A stretch of 64,000 nt of DNA from Chiloscyllium plagiosum. Taxonomy: Eukaryota. The DNA lies in contig NC_057719.1 in NCBI RefSeq assembly GCF_004010195.1, positions 11,772,603 through 11,836,602 of the forward strand. Reading direction: 5' to 3'. The notes under the pieces were generated by a model. That model was not told where the DNA came from. It made no database searches and worked only from the letters and a program-made list of their open reading frames with translations. The translations under genes and the position numbers were made by a program. Numbering within the stretch: the first letter of the stretch is position 1; every line of letters begins with the position of its first letter. Below, piece after piece: positions 1 to 14,703 of the stretch.

Positions 1-340
1 CCTTTAACCATATACTTGAAACATTTGGAAACATCCTTAATCGCACCAGGAAAACAAACCATTCTAAATTTACGTTCGCTACCACAGAATGTCCAAACTA
101 TCCCCCAACAGGCGTGTCCCCTATAGCAACTATTATATTTTGTCAAATGCTACCTAACTTAATCATTCCCAGTGTCCAATAACTGACTGCCCCTTCTATT
201 TTCCTCCGAGAAACCATCCCCCTTTCACAGTATCAAAGACTGAAAGTCTATTTTATAGAGTAGCCACCCGTGACTTTTGAACTATCTTGTTACCTTTCCT
301 GACAGTCACTCATCTATCTGACTACTGCTGTGTAATAACT
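1..340 (-). mobile_element. Degenerate CR1 LINE ORF1 (SGNH esterase-like) fragment
   Basis: Minus strand reads IVAIGDTPVGGIVWTFCGSERKFRMVCFPGAIKDVSK, a decayed form of the GDS...FCG...CLPGARVKDV esterase block of CR1 ORF1. Confidence 0.6.
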
Positions 341-1399
341 CTAAATCTACTAGCCATCTCGCTCTACCTCATATATGCCCATAATAACATTAAACCTAAA
401 TAAAGGAACTTTCAATAACGTATGTTTAAAATAAGCTGCCTTTCATTACCTACAGAAGAGAATGTTAAGATGGAAAAAAAATTAAAATTATATATCAAAC
501 ATAAATCTTAAAATCAACCATTTAGCTGATTAACTGAATTAAAATGACTCCTCTTCAAAAAAAATTCTTCAAAGCAAAAGAATTCTCCACAGATGACCAC
601 GTGTAGGACTTACTGAAACAAAAACACAGCTTCTTTTGTTTTTCAAAAAAAACTGTTCAGCTTTTCAAAAACATTTTTGCCATGTGAAAAGAATTCTTTA
701 AAATGCTTAGTTTTTTAGCTTCTAAATTTAGAATAAAGAAAACCTCAGCCATTCACTGAAGGCCTTCGGAAAGCTCATATATGTTTCTGATTATTGTAAG
801 CTCCAAATATTCATTTAAGCAATTAGCTTTTCATAGAATCCTCTATTTTGAAGTGTGAGAAGCAGCTTTGGCAACGTGATTCATAATTCAGCATCAGGTC
901 TCAGCAGAATAATAAAGAAAAGCTGATAAGTTGCAGCAACCAAACAGAAAAGCATGGATGATGTGCTGAAATGGGTGACTTCAAGACTATAGCTAATTCT
1001 CCTTTAAAACTGGAGCTTCATTTCAAGTGTTAATTTAAGATGCAAAATTATAAATGTTGTCACTCTAGACCATCATTGCTGCAATCCTCTCTTAGATTCA
1101 AAAGCTGCTAAACATAATGTGGATGGTATGGTTTTAATTTGAATCTTAAGATGTAGGTCTGAGTTTAAATTTTATTGTTTGTGGTGAAACAAATAGATTA
1201 CTGTATGATTAGGATGGTTGCGAATAAAAGCTCACCTGATAGAATTCGAATTCTAAGTTTGTCCTTAATCTGGTAAAACCAGATAAATTTATGGTATTAG
1301 AATTGCAATGGGGAAATCATTATTACATGGTGGGTGAAATTGAGGCTTTGGAAAACATGCGGTGAAGGGTCATATGATTAATACCCAGTTTAAAGCATC

Positions 1400-1560
1400 T
1401 TGGTGAGATAAGCTCAAAAGGCTGGGACTCTACAGTTTAGAGAGGCGTAGACTTAGGGGTGATTTGATTTGAGTTTTACAAGATTATGAAGGGAATAGAT
1501 TGCTTGTGTGCTCTGTTTTTCAACTTGATAAGTTTGGGAGGACCAAGGGTCACAATCAAA
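1400..1560 (+). mobile_element. CR1 ORF2 C-terminal fragment
   Basis: Encodes LKRLGLYSLERRRLRGDLI. Confidence 0.65.
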
Positions 1561-2236
1561 GCTGATCCTAGTTTCTGTCTGGGACAGAGATCACCTTACC
1601 TAAAGGTTAGGGCCACAGGATAATCATGATCCAGAGTGGCCTCCTTGTGGATTATTTCTAAGAATTGGGGAGGAATTTCTCAGACTCTTCTTTAATAGCC
1701 ACTGGTTTTAAATCGAATTATCTGCATTCAAGATAAGGTGTTTCTCTGGTGGGGTGGCAAATGTATATAATGTACTTGCATGACTCAGGCTGGATTGACT
1801 TTTGACTTTTTCCAGACTGCCTTTTTAATATGTACATGGCTGGAACCTCTGAAATAATGGTCTTTAAGTTAACTTTGGCAAAGAAAAGCTATTAATTGAT
1901 GAATTAAATGCCTTCAGTTTGCTCTCAGCCGATCTGACTGTTGAAGATTTAGGAAAGATGAGACCAAGGCTAACCTTTCCTGAAGAACGCCAAGATTTTG
2001 CATAATGTTGGTTTTGTTGTTGGCTAAGCCTACAGTTAATCACCTAACTTAAACTATTGTGCTGAAGTTTGTACAATAGAATTGCTTTATTGGTGTAATT
2101 TGATAAGCGCCCTTAAATTCTAGTAAATAATCATCGATATTTCTTTCACAAGGTGAGAAAATATGCTAACTTTCTTGTAGCCTTGTTCATTTGAAGCTAT
2201 TAAATTGCATAATTATTCAAAAATAGAATTAACTCC

Positions 2237-2376
2237 CATCTGGCCTACATGTAACTCAGCCCACCATATTCTGGTTGACTCTAACCTGATCTTTGAAATG
2301 GCCCAGCAAGCCACTCAATTCGATAGCAATAAATCGTGCCCTTGCCAGTGACACCCATATCCAATGAAAGAATAAT
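2237..2376 (+). mobile_element. SINE family B, 3' half (tail shared with LINE-A)
   Basis: tctggcctacatgtaact...gttgactcta...gaaatggcccagcaagccactca...gcccttgccagtgacacccatatcc; the tail resembles 44165-44215. Confidence 0.65.
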
Positions 2377-2574
2377 GGAAAAGACTTACAAACAAGTGAT
2401 TTTGGAATAAGAATAGGCTATCTCCTCTTTTTACCTATTTTTAACCCATTTGCTTAATGTATCCATATCCCTTTTCAGACCATGTTCTCAACACAACTAG
2501 CTTTTCTGCCAATCTTCACATCAGTGAATCCAATAAATGCCATTATCAGCTAAATTCCAGTTACAATATTAACT

Positions 2575-2881
2575 TTAGATTACATTACAGTGTGGAAACA
2601 GGCCCTTCGGCCCAACAAGTCCACACCGCCCCGCCGAAGCGCAACGCACCCATACCCCTACATTTACCCCTTACCTACACTACGGGCAATTTAGCATGGC
2701 CAATTCACCTGACCTGCACATCTTTGGACTGTGGGAGGAAACCGGAGCACCCGGAGGAAACCCACGCAGACACGGGGAGAACGTGCAAACTCCACACAGT
2801 CAGTCGCCTGAGGCGGGAATTGAACCCGGGTCTCTGGTGCTGTGAGGCAGCAGTGCTAACCACTGTGCCACCGTGCCGCCC
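2575..2881 (-). mobile_element. HE1-like V-SINE, full length
   Basis: tRNA-like head (A box TGGCACAGTGG, B box GGTTCAATTCC), V-domain GGAGTTTGCACGTTCTCCCCGTGTCTGCGTGGGTTTCCTCCGGG, CR1-type tail. Confidence 0.9.
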
Positions 2882-4509
2882 TTTGTTTCTACTCCTCTGT
2901 TCAATGGTCTTCAGATTTCTCTCTTTTCACCCCCCCCCCGCCCCCCCCATCTGTTGTTGTGGTAACTTTTTTCAGAATTTAACAAAGTACTGGATTTTTG
3001 CTGAACATGGAGAGATTGTGTATACAATATCTCAGGATGGGAAGTAATAAAAAAAAACTGTCAGATGTGAATGAGCTTGAAGTAAATCCATTATTTACAT
3101 ATCAAAGTGGTAATTTATACAGAATCAAATATCAGAATGACTAGCTAATTAAATTTAGGGGATTGATTCGCAGCCAGTGAACGGAACAGATTCGATCATA
3201 AATTGGAGTAGACACTTCGGACCATTGAGCTCTCTCTGCCACTCAGTCAAATTGTGGCCTTAACAGCATTGTTTTCTGCCTGTTCCCTATGATCCTTGAC
3301 TCCCAGTCAATCAGAATGTGTCTAATTGAGACAGATTCCACAACTCGGAACAAGCTGCTTTTTGATTGTAATAACGTAATGTATTAAATGATGCTGCTAT
3401 CATTTATTTACTGAAATATATCCATGTTGGTAGCTCTTCTATAGTGAATATAATCCTTGTACTTTGCTTGTTGTTAACATATGTGAAGGAATTTGAAATT
3501 GATACCTGAAGTTCTCTTTACAACTAAAGACTTGCGTAAGTGTGTAAGTGTAATTTCTGTAGAAAGTGCATTCGCACAAACACCTCCCACACCCAAAACC
3601 AGCGCAGAAGATACCTTTTTTTTAATCACTCCTGTATTTGATTCTGATATGTTGACAAACTAATGTTATAATGCTGTACATATAATAGGAATAAAAAATT
3701 CTGGTAACCTGTCTAAGAACTGCTTGGTTTACAAATTCAAGATTGCAAGTTGTGAAGGATCTATAAGGACTTCAGTGGGAGATTTTGGTATATAGTGTTT
3801 GTTTTGAACAGATGAAGTCATTTGAATGTATTTGGTACTTGCCAAGAAGGTAAATAAAAGAAAATCTAATACTATCTGCAGTATCCTGTTAAAATTTTCA
3901 AATGCATAACTCGATCTGTCTGCCATCACCCTGCTGTTTCTGAAAATTCTTGCATGGTTAAAAATTAACAAGGTTAATTGGTCAAACATTGCAGTTGCCA
4001 GCACTCCAATTCACTTAAATGAGGGCCAATTAATTATTTAGCACTTCACATTTTCATCTTTTAAGGGATAATTTGATCAGTGTTTTCCAGAAAACACTGG
4101 AGGAAGTGTGTGGTCCTCCACAAGTAGCTCCCAATACTTTCAGTTAAACCAATGAGTCTTGGCAGACCCTATTATCATAAAGGGTATCACAACAGCATTT
4201 GATCCTGTTCTCTCATGGCTTTGCTGTATAACATTTCAAGTGTGTTATTGATTAGAGATCTGGTTGAGATTACAAACTTTTCATGCCTCCCTCACAAACA
4301 TACAAAGAACAACTATACAGGGACCTACTGTAGCTGAAGTGAGCTAATTCAGTAGAGTTCAGGGGCGGGGTGAAGTGGGGGAGCTTTAACACTGCTTTCC
4401 TGGTTGGTTTTTTTGACTAAGTTTATAACTAGGTGACCTTGTTCTTTAGATGTGGCTCTGAAATTCAAACAACATTTACAGGAAATGTTATTAGTAATGT
4501 CTATATTAT

Positions 4510-5175
4510 TGCAGTAATTAACCTATAATGTCTTATTTGATTAATCACACGTACCACAATACAGTGAAAAGTATTATTTTGCATGTTATCCAGACAAAGC
4601 TTACCTTACATAAGTACATCAGAATAATAGAACAGAATGCAGAATATAGTGTTAACACTATAAAGAAGACACAGAGAATGATCAACTTTAACTTGAGCTC
4701 TGTTCAGAAGTCTGACAGCGGGGAAGAAGCTGTTATTGAATCTGTTGGTACATGTTTTCAAAATTCTGTATCTTCTGCTCGGTTGAAGGTGGTGGGTGGG
4801 ATATTTGGCCATTTTCTTGAGCTGATTCGATGGATGGAGGACAGGCAGGTTTGCATGGTGGACTGGGCTACGTTTATAACTAATTTCTTGCTGTCTTAGA
4901 CAGTGGTTGCCATACCAAGCTGTGATGCATCCCAATAGTATCCTTTCTATAGTGCATTCTTGACTGTAGTGTTGATGTGGATGGACCAGGACAGATTTGT
5001 GATATTTACTGCTTGGAACTTAAAGCTATTGATTATCTCCACCTCAGCATCATTGATACAGACGGGGGCATGGCCTGTTTTCTGCCTCGTGAAGTCAGTG
5101 ACCAGCTCCTTCGTTTTGCTGACATTGAGGGGGAGGATTGTTGTCTTTACCCCGTGCCACTAAGCACTCTATCTC
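4510..5175 (-). mobile_element. Rex1/Babar-type LINE 3' fragment
   Basis: ORF 4606-4935 contains GCITAWYGN and RYRILKTCTNRFNNSFFPAVRLLN, typical of the Rex1/Babar ORF2 C-terminus. Confidence 0.7.
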
Positions 5176-6255
5176 TATATGACTACATTTCTAATTGGGT
5201 GACCTTGTTCTGTAGATGCTGTTCTGAAATCCAAATAATAACAATATAGGAGATACTGAGGCTAATGGGCTGAATAGTAACTCAAGGAGAGAAAACTATT
5301 AATTGAGTGGGTTTGAATTACATCGCAGTTTTAGTAATTTCAGTTTAATCAGCATAATACATTATTTTTATGTAATTGATTTGTGAAGGGACAAAATTCA
5401 CAAAATTGCAAAATCAGGTTGTGAATTGATGTGCTGTAATAAAGCTCAAGTCCATCTGTTTGTTGTAAACCGCAGATTGAAGCTTGACTTTATAGAATCA
5501 ATGACAAAGTCCATTGAAGGTCATCCCTTAACTGCAGTATACTTTACTAATGCATGACATCTCCTGAACCTTGAATAACCTGTACTTTTGCCCCTGCTAA
5601 GTTTCATGCGATTATTCCAATTGTTGCTGGTTTTGAGTAAATGAATCCTGCTATCTTTATATGTTGATGCTTTAATTTGCTTCTGTATTCACACTTGCAT
5701 GTTTTAGCCAATGTGTGTTAGTTTACATTAATTTTTTAAGTCTGATTTATTGCAGTTACATGCTTGAAAAAACCTCTAATATTATGATGCAGTGTTCCAG
5801 CAGCTCCAACTGTTTTTCATCTTTTTGTTTAAATGTGCTTGCAGCTCAAGGCTTTCGTCAGTTGGAAATACACAATTTGTGCATTTACTTGATTTGCCAT
5901 TGATTTCAAGATTTGGTGTGTGCAAGTGTTTATGAAACTATGGCATCAATCAACATAGCATTAGTTCTGTGGGACAGATTCCGCATGTGAACAGATTTTA
6001 CCCCTTGATGGGAAAGGAGACACACAGTCATTAGACCTTGAATGGGATGTGTTTTAAACCAACACACACAGGCACCATTATTTAATGTTTAATATGTGGC
6101 ATGGCATTCTCAATAGACATTTAACCAAAATGTGGACTTTAATGAGCTTCTCTTCTTTGTATGTTTGTTTCCGAGCTCATGCAATGCATTTTTTTAGTTG
6201 CACCTGTAGCTTTAAATTACTAATTTGTATGTTTTCTTCTTCGCTTCGTCTTTAG

Positions 6256-6391
6256 GTCAAACCCGGGTTCAACAGCTGGCGGAGAACACTCGGTACTTCA
6301 GAAGAAGACTGAAGGAAATGGGATTCATTATCTATGGAAATGATGATTCACCAGTTGTGCCTTTGATGCTGTACATGCCAGCCAAAATTGG
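6256..6391 (+). CDS. SPTLC2: Serine palmitoyltransferase subunit 2, third-from-last coding exon (136 nt)
   Basis: Polypyrimidine tract and AG at 6254-6255, GT donor at 6392. Translates (G)[45 protein letters not shown], matching the recalled SPTLC2 C-terminal domain; phase joins the next exon. Confidence 0.95.
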
Positions 6392-7449
6392 GTAAATTAG
6401 AAACATACTCTGGCTTTGTAGTGTAGGCTCAGATTTTAAGTTTCCTTCAGCTGTCTGTAGTAACAATTATTACCTTACTAGCAGTTTTGCAAAAATCTCC
6501 ACTAGAGTGTAGCTTTAAATAAACAAACAAACAGAAGAAATCAAAAATGAGCAGTGTTTTTTCCATTTTTGAAATCTGACAAACCACCTTGTACCTTCTG
6601 GACTGTGTAATCATCATGGCTCTTGTTGAAAGGTTAACAACTATAAAATTCCATGGATTTAGACTGTCTTACAAAGCTTGCACTGTCACTTAGGAGACAG
6701 AAGTCTCCTTTTAAACTCTAGCTTGCTCCCTAGTAGGGAGTTAGTCTTTGTTTGAATTTGTGGGGGGGGGGAAAGCAAAATTGGCCATTTGTTGCAATGT
6801 TTCTGACCTTGGGAATTGTATTTTCTCGTCTTTGACCATTGGGATCAAGGATTGTTTTCTTACACTTCATTGTTATGAGTGAGGTGACTAACTAATCCAA
6901 TATTAGCCCATGTTCCTGCCACAAGTGGACCAGGTGGTATTTACTGAAGCAGATAGATGAGATGCTCAGATTTTCTCTCTGCTCTTTGTACTTGGTCTTC
7001 AGCTGGGCCTGTCATTTGAAACAAGTGAGACCTTGATGGGTGTTTTTTTTTTCCTGAATTTGGGCCGGAATTCTTACGACTTAGAGGCTGTTGCATTTTT
7101 TCCTTGAAGTATGTCCTCTGCCTTCCATGTAGCGAAGTGAAGCTCAGAGTAAAGCACTTGTGTCTAGCATGCAGATGAAGCATGTCCTTGGTTTAGAGGC
7201 CAAGGCTCATTAGTTTGACTCTAGGGATGTAAGGGATAAGATGTTAACTAAATTGGGCATAGTGCCTCTATGGTAAAGAGACTTGATATGCTTCACACTG
7301 AATCTAGAACAGGGGTTTGGGGCTGTGATAAGAGGGGAAACGTGGAGTTGATCTAGAATCGTATTGAATCGCAGGACAGGTTTTAGAGGTAATATGGTCT
7401 CTGGCTTCTATTTTTCATTTTAATATATCTTTGAGATGGGTGAGAGGAG

Positions 7450-10215
7450 AGAAACCATCGGAGCAGGATTAGTCCATATGGCCCATTGACTCTGTCCACC
7501 GCCCCCTCTTGTCTTTATCATAAGCAAACGTAGCAACAGCAGATGTCCAAATTGTTAATGTACAACATGAATATTTGTGGTCCCAATACGGGCCCCTGCA
7601 GAACTCCACTAGTCACTGGCTGCCATCCTGGAAAAAAAACCCTTTTAAGTCCCCCCTCTGCCTTCTGCCAGTCAGCTTGTCAAAGACCTGGAAATCCAAA
7701 TAGATCACATCCGCTGACTCTCCTTTGTCTAATTTGTTTGTTACCTCACAGATTTGTTAGGCATGACCTCCCTTGATGAAACCATGCTGACTTAGGAGAA
7801 ATCAACAATCTCATCTTTGGTAATGAACTGTAAAATCTGAGCAACAACTACGGTCAGGCTAACTGGCCTCTAGTTTCCTATCTTCTGCCTCCCTTCCTCC
7901 TTAAACAGAGGTGTTACAGTTTTCATTTTCTAAGCCACTGGGACTTTCCCTGACTCCAATGATTCCTGAAAGATCACCACCAATGCCTCTATTATCATTA
8001 TCATCATCATCAGAGCCCTGGGTGTATTCCATTAGTCTGGGTGATTTATCTGCCTTCAAACCTTTCAGCTTCCCCACCATCACTTTAATGGCCACTATGC
8101 TCAACTCTTCTACTGTGGAAACTGATGCAAAGTAGCTGTTCAGTTTCTTCACCATTTGTGTTCGTATTACTACTACTGCAGCCTCAATTTTCCAGGGACT
8201 TAATGTCCTCTCTGTGTCTCTTGCACCTTTCTGATTTTTAAAAAAAAATCTCCTGCATCATCGTTTATATTACTTGCTAGCTCACTCTTGGATCTCATCT
8301 TCTCCACCTCTCAACCCAACTCATTGCTTTTTTTCAGTTATCCTCTGTTTTTTAAAGGGTTTCCAATCCTCTGGCTTCCCACTGATCTTCACCACATGCT
8401 TTTGCTTTTATGCTGTCCCTGACTTTCCTTGTCAGCCATGGTTGCCACCTCTTTCCCTTAGCATGTTGTTTCTTCCTTAGTTCGAATTTCTGTCATGCTT
8501 CCCAAAGTACCCCAGAAATTCCTACTATTCCTGCTCCTCCATCTTCCCTGCTAGATTCCCCTTCCAATCAAATCTGGCCAGTTCCTCCCATATGACTTTG
8601 TAGTTACCTTTACTTGATTGTAATAGTTAGAGGGAGGACTGAATCAAATCTATCAAACTGCAGTGTGAATTCTATCATACTTTGGTCTCTGGATTCTAGG
8701 GGTTCAGCTCCTTAATCAATTCTACCTCATTACACTTCATTAAATTCAGAATTGCTCGACTCTTAGCTGGCCTATCCCAAGCTGCTCCACTTTGTAGGCA
8801 TACCATGAACTCCTTGATCTGCTACCAACCTGATATTCCTAGTCCACCTGCGAATTAAAGTCCCCCATAAGTTATATAATAGTGCCATTGTTTTCGGCCT
8901 TTTCCATCAGGGCCTTTTTTCTTTTGTGGTCCCTCAGATCTACGTGCACAGATTCTACGTCTCCCAACTCTTTATCGCTTCACGCAATCGACTTCATTTC
9001 TTACTAACAAAGAATCTCTGCCCCCTCTGCCTGTTCTTTTGATAGGACATATATCCCTGTATATTCAGTTCCTAGCCTTGATCCCCATGCAGAATGATAC
9101 CTACAGCATCATACCTGCCAACTTTAATCTGCACCATAAGCTCAATTACCTTGTTGCATATACTATGTGCATTTAAGTACAACATCCTCAGTCCTGTGTT
9201 AACTGCCCTCCTTCTCATTATTGCCCCTTATTTGCTGTGCCTGAAGTTAGATTCCTCCTCCTTCCCATACTCTGTCCTATTACGTGTTCTGGAGACTTTA
9301 ACCTCTCACTATTTAGTTTAAAGCCCTATCTACAGCCCTAGTTATGCATTTTGCTGCAACTCTGGTCCCAGCCAGATGGAGCTTGTCCTTTCAGAATAGT
9401 TCTCTCCTTCTGCAGTACTTGTGTCAATATCCCATGAATTTGAAACCGTTTCTCTCTCCAATCTTTTGAGCCACAATCATGTTGACCCTGTGGCAATTTG
9501 CTCATGGCTCGGATAGTTATCCAGAAGTGGTTTCATTTTTGGTTCTGCATTGTAATTTAGCTGTTCAGATTCCCTTAGCAGGACCTCTTTCCACTTGCTA
9601 CTGATACAATTAGAACCGATGTGGACCACAATAACTACCTTTCTCCTCCCATTGCAAGTTCCTCTGCAGCCCAGATGAGAGATCCTGAACCTGGGTATCG
9701 GGCAACACAGCCTTCAGAACTCACAGTCACAAAATAGTGCCTATTCCACTGACTATACTATCCCCGATTATAACTACACTTCTCTTTTTCCCCCCAACCC
9801 CCAATCGAATGGCTCCCTGTTAAATTGTGCTATGGTTGGTTTGCTCATCCTTCCTACAGACCCTACTGTCATCTGCATGAGCAAGAATCCTAAATGTTGT
9901 AAACAAGCTCAAGAGTTCAAGCTCCTTTAGTACTACCTCCTGGATCCCTTTATTTGCTGTGGTTGTAGTTAGACCCTGTGTCCCTGACCCACTGACTGCA
10001 TTTGAAGTAATTAATCGAAGGGGTGTAACTGCCTCCTGAAACAGTTAGGTAATTCCCCCTCCTCTCTTTCTCCCCCCCCACCACCACCACCACCACCACC
10101 ACCACACCACCACACCACCACCATACCTGTGTTCTACGGTCAGACTCCAGCTCAACTGTGAGCCAAGTTCCTCAAGGAGCATCATGCAAATACAACACAC
10201 TGCCTGGCCTGCCAT
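7450..10215 (-). mobile_element. Old, internally deleted CR1 LINE (ORF1 and ORF2 remnants)
   Basis: LNSYFASV and GKLKGLKADKSP motifs; gttccacagggcccgtattgggacc (VPQGxVLGP); CR1-type 3' end near 7460. Confidence 0.8.
10078..10123. repeat. (CCA)n microsatellite
   Basis: Directly visible imperfect CCA array. Confidence 0.9.
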
Positions 10216-10909
10216 CTCTCTTTTGATGACTTAGTTCTTAATTTGATTTTTAAAAGTTTTGTACGAATCTGTAAGTATTTCCCTTCGATCTGAAGTTAAC
10301 TATATGTTGAATTGTTAACACTCAGCAATCAATGAACTTAGAGTTTACCTGTGATGGCACTCTTGTGCTGGACCCCTGATATCGCTTCAATTTATTCTGT
10401 TTTTAAATTAAAAATTTTTTTACAAAGTATGAGGAAAAAAAACAAGCAAAAAGCATTCCTGCTCCCCACCCACCGAATTCCCATGTTGCCACCAACTTCC
10501 CCATACTATATACTCACTTGGGCTGTGTCTCAGTCTGGATGCAATCTCTCCTTTCTGACTCTGCAAAGCTTTACTCACGTCCCCAAGCACACTTTCTGAA
10601 GTCAAAACGCTAACTGTTTTTCTCCAGCATTTTTAAAATTTGAATTCCAGCATCCATAATATTTTGCTTTTATTTGAATGTAAACATATTTTCATTAACA
10701 CCTTCTTTGAAAAATGTTAAATGTAATGACTGTCCTGGAAAGACACTGACCTTTCCTTTTAAAAAGAGTACTTCACAGGAGTAGCCAACACCCACTGCCC
10801 TCTATTGTGAAATTCAAATTACAGAAATAATGTGTTAACTGTATGCTTTTCATCATAGTATTTAATTTTGGGAATAACGTTGGAGTCAGGATTTTACTTC
10901 CCATCTTCC

Positions 10910-11220
10910 AAAAGGATGTAGGTGGTGTTGGCAAGACCAGCATTTGTGGCCCCTCCTTAATTGACTTTAAACAGAATTGCTTGCTTGGCTTTTTCAGAGG
11001 GTAATTAAGAGTCAACCACATTGCTGAGAGTCTAGACTTTGCATGTAGGCCAGACCAGGCAAGTATGGTAGGTTTCCTTTCCCCAGGTGCTTCGGTGAAC
11101 GAGATGTGTTTTTACAAAATTCAGCGATAGTTTTGTGGTCATCATTTAATTGTATTTAAATCCCCTCTGTTGCTGTGGTGTTATTAGAGTATCATCTTGA
11201 ACCTCTGGATTACTAGTCAC
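10910..11220 (-). mobile_element. SINE family B, near full length
   Basis: Reverse complement of the family B body (agagtcaaccacattgctg, tgtaggccagaccagg) with the LINE-A-like tail at 10915-10960. Confidence 0.75.
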
Positions 11221-11909
11221 CATAAATGGAATATTTGCTGTGATGACAGCAGGCAGATGATACAAATATCAAACACTTGAGGAAACTCAAACTTAATTGG
11301 GCAGATAAGATGTGTGTTGAGAGAATGAGATGTAATTATTCAAAGTTTGAATATCATGGGGAAGTTAAACAATGCAAGGTTGATTCCACTAATGGACAAA
11401 TTGGTAATAAACCTGACTTTAGGATTAGCATCAAAGGCGCAAAGTGAGTAGTTGGAACAAATGATTTTACACATTATTGCTCCAATACGGAATGCATTGC
11501 CTATTAAAGTTGAGTCAATAACACACAAGCAGGATTTTGATTAAACCTTAAACTTATTTATGTTGAGTTAATTCTGTTCTAAAACCTGATTTTTAAGCAA
11601 ATATAGGATAGATTTGGAGGATCGACCTGTATATGTGTGAAAGCTATATTTGGTGAATTCCATTAATGTTGGGTTGTCAACACAAACTAAATAGCCTTGA
11701 TAATCAGGATTGGACTATCCTATTGCAAGTGTCCTTTGAAAACAATCACCCATTACTTGGGACATGAGTATTGCAGAGATGCCATAGGGTTCTTTGCTAA
11801 CATTCTAGAACTGCTCTCTCAACAATGAAGCTCGCAAAATGTCAGGCCAATTATTTTTATGCCATAGTTTCAGAAAAAAAGCTTTTTTCAATGTTTTTAA
11901 AAAACTTGA

Positions 11910-12221
<312 letters not shown>

Positions 12222-12659
12222 TAAATCAATGCTCAAGAGTCTTTTTGGAATAGTCAGCCCTTTTAAATGGAGTTGTAATAGAAGGTGCATCCTTTCAATA
12301 TGTTAAGCTTACTGATTTTTACCATTTAACATTAAAATATCTGATTTTCTAAACCTTGTATATTAGGTACAAAAAGCAGTGACAATCATTTTTGTTTAAT
12401 GTCATCAAAGCTTGTAATTGGAAATTAACATTGTTGTTCAAGTTAATTAGCTAATAAAAGGTTTAATTTGATACTATAATTGCGATACAAGGACAATGTC
12501 TCAAGTTTTATGTCATTCGCTAAATAGGCAAAATTAATTCTTAAATTTAGAGGCCTGAGTTGAGAAGGTTAAATACCTTGCTTTGGTCTTACATCACCAC
12601 CACCACCCAGATGGCTCCAAGCACTCCTATTCAGATCCTGAAATCATAATGTTGCGTTC

Positions 12660-12900
12660 CATGTGAATTTTACACTTTGAAAAATTGATTTTTTGTAATC
12701 TCAGGACACCCCAATGCATTTTACAGCTGAAATAATTGTGTGGCTGCTGTTGTAATGTAGTAAACAGAGCAGCCAATTTGAACACAGCAAACTTCCACAA
12801 ATGACTGTGGTAATAACCAGATAATCTGTTTCTCTTTAAAAACTTAATAGTTGAGGGATAGATATTGGCCAGAATACCAGGGAGAGCATCCTTTGCATTC
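12660..12900 (-). mobile_element. DeuSINE-like (SacSINE1/AmnSINE1-related) element
   Basis: Minus strand ctggccaatatctatccctcaac...cagattatctggttatta...gctgtgttcaaattggctgc; homologous to 15895-16095. Confidence 0.65.
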
Positions 12901-12959
12901 ACCTAAGATATTAGGCTTTGTTAGATGTTTTATCAGAAAAATTACATCCTTATAGTGAA

Positions 12960-13320
12960 ATATTGTCTGAACTGTGTCCTGAAGCATCAGTGTGGATTTT
13001 AAGGGACAGATTAAAGAACCGAAGCAACTGAGCCTAATTAGGAGGGAGCAAACAGACAAGATACAAGACTGAGCTTTGAAGAACTGATCAATGGTTACAC
13101 TACTCAAATGGGCTGGGAGCTGAAAGTCAGTCAGGTAATTTGAGTGAAATGCCCAAGGTGGAGAGAGATTAAATTTCTAAGGATAATGGAGGAAGAGAAG
13201 TGAGTCTGTGAAACAGTTTGAAAGTGAGAATTTTAAATTTGAGATGTTGAGGAACAGAAGCCTTTTATAGGTCAGTAAGCAGTGGGTGATTAATGAGGTA
13301 GGACTTATTCCCTGGTATTG
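12960..13320 (-). mobile_element. Degenerate L2-like LINE fragment
   Basis: gaattttaaatttgagatgttg...taggtcagtaagcagtgggtgat resembles antisense L2 3' sequence; recognised from memory only. Confidence 0.4.
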
Positions 13321-14401
13321 TACGAATGCCCTTAGTAACTTTTCATGTCTGAAACTTTTGATGTCCTTGTCCCTTTTTATCAATCAAAGTAACTTGAACA
13401 AGATGCTGTTTAATGGCATTTTCTTTTTGGGCACTTCATTCAACAGCTTTACTGTTGAATGACATTTATAGAGCTAAAACGCTGAGCTACATTAACTGCG
13501 TTTTTAGAAATGCTGCTGAAAGTGTAGAAGCTGGGCTTGTTTTTAAGCAATTACTTTGAAATACTTAACTAACAAAACACGTGTGTAATGACATATTTAT
13601 CAGCATTCTAATTGCGGGTTTTGGCCAAAGATGAAAGTTAATTATCAAACCATCTAACTCCCTAAGGGCCAAGTACCTTAAAATTGAAAATATATTACTA
13701 GTATTCCTACAACTCTGCACTCCTAAATTATATTCTCTTTGTAGTTTCTGCAATCGTACGGTGCTTTATTTTAAATTGGGAAGTCTTTTATCCTGAAGCT
13801 CATTTTAAACAAAAAAAACTTCACATTTTATTTAAACAAAATAATAAAATTGCTACCACATGGCAATGGTAATTTTATCCAAAAAAGGTCTCCTGTTACA
13901 CTGTTTGAATTTAGGGCTTTAAGCAGTAATGCTAAAGTTTCAAGATTCACCTAATGAGCTCCATATAATTGTCAAAAGATGTAATGCTATGCTCAATTGG
14001 CATGCACTTAGAGGAACCATTCACTCCATCATTTTTGTACTGTTTCAATCAATAGAGTGCAGAGTCAGGTATTTTGCTTCACTTTCCTCTTAGTTATGCC
14101 CTGTCATTTCCCACCAAGATCAGTATCCATTTGTGATTATGAAGGGACTTCTCTTATTGAAATGTCTCTCTGGTATACTTAAAAGAAAATGAGATATTTG
14201 CAGTAACAGCATCATCTGATGGTGAGGAGGAAACTATTCTGTTTCGTTGTTTCTCATGTTTTGAAGTAATCTATTTTGAAATGTATGTCAAAATCATGTA
14301 TTCTGGAGTAATTAATATACTTTGAAATTCCAGCAAGGTGTCTGTAAAAGGGTGAATTTGGTAAACCATATGTCAGCAGAAAAGTAAAAATAATTTGAAG
14401 T

Positions 14402-14703
14402 GGGAACCGGGTTCAATTCCAACCTCAGGCAAACTGTGTGGAGTTTGCACATTCTGTGGCTGCGTGGGTTTCCTCTGGGTGCTCCGGTTTCCTCCCACAC
14501 TCCAAAGATGTGCAGGTTAGTTGAATTGGCCAAACTAAATTTCCCAAAGTGTTCAGGGATGTGTAGGTTAGGTGCATTAGATAGGAGTAAATATAGGATA
14601 ACATAAGGGAATATAGGGGAATGGGTCTGGGTGGGTTGCTTTTCGGAGGGTCGTTGTGGACTAGTTGGGCCGGAGGGCCTGTTTCCACACTGTAGGGATT
14701 CTA
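14402..14703 (+). mobile_element. HE1-like V-SINE, 5'-truncated
   Basis: Starts at the B box; V-domain and the tail gggcctgtttccacactgtagggattcta are present. Confidence 0.88.

Noticed and set aside
2457..3047. 196 aa ORF and the similar 'CGRKPEHPEETHADTGRTCKLHT' ORFs at 14425, 24620, 27552 and 34288
   Set aside because: Antisense translation of V-SINE copies, not a protein family.
1..6255. Additional upstream SPTLC2 exons
   Set aside because: I found no segment resembling the preceding exon; it probably lies outside the window, though a manual scan could miss it.
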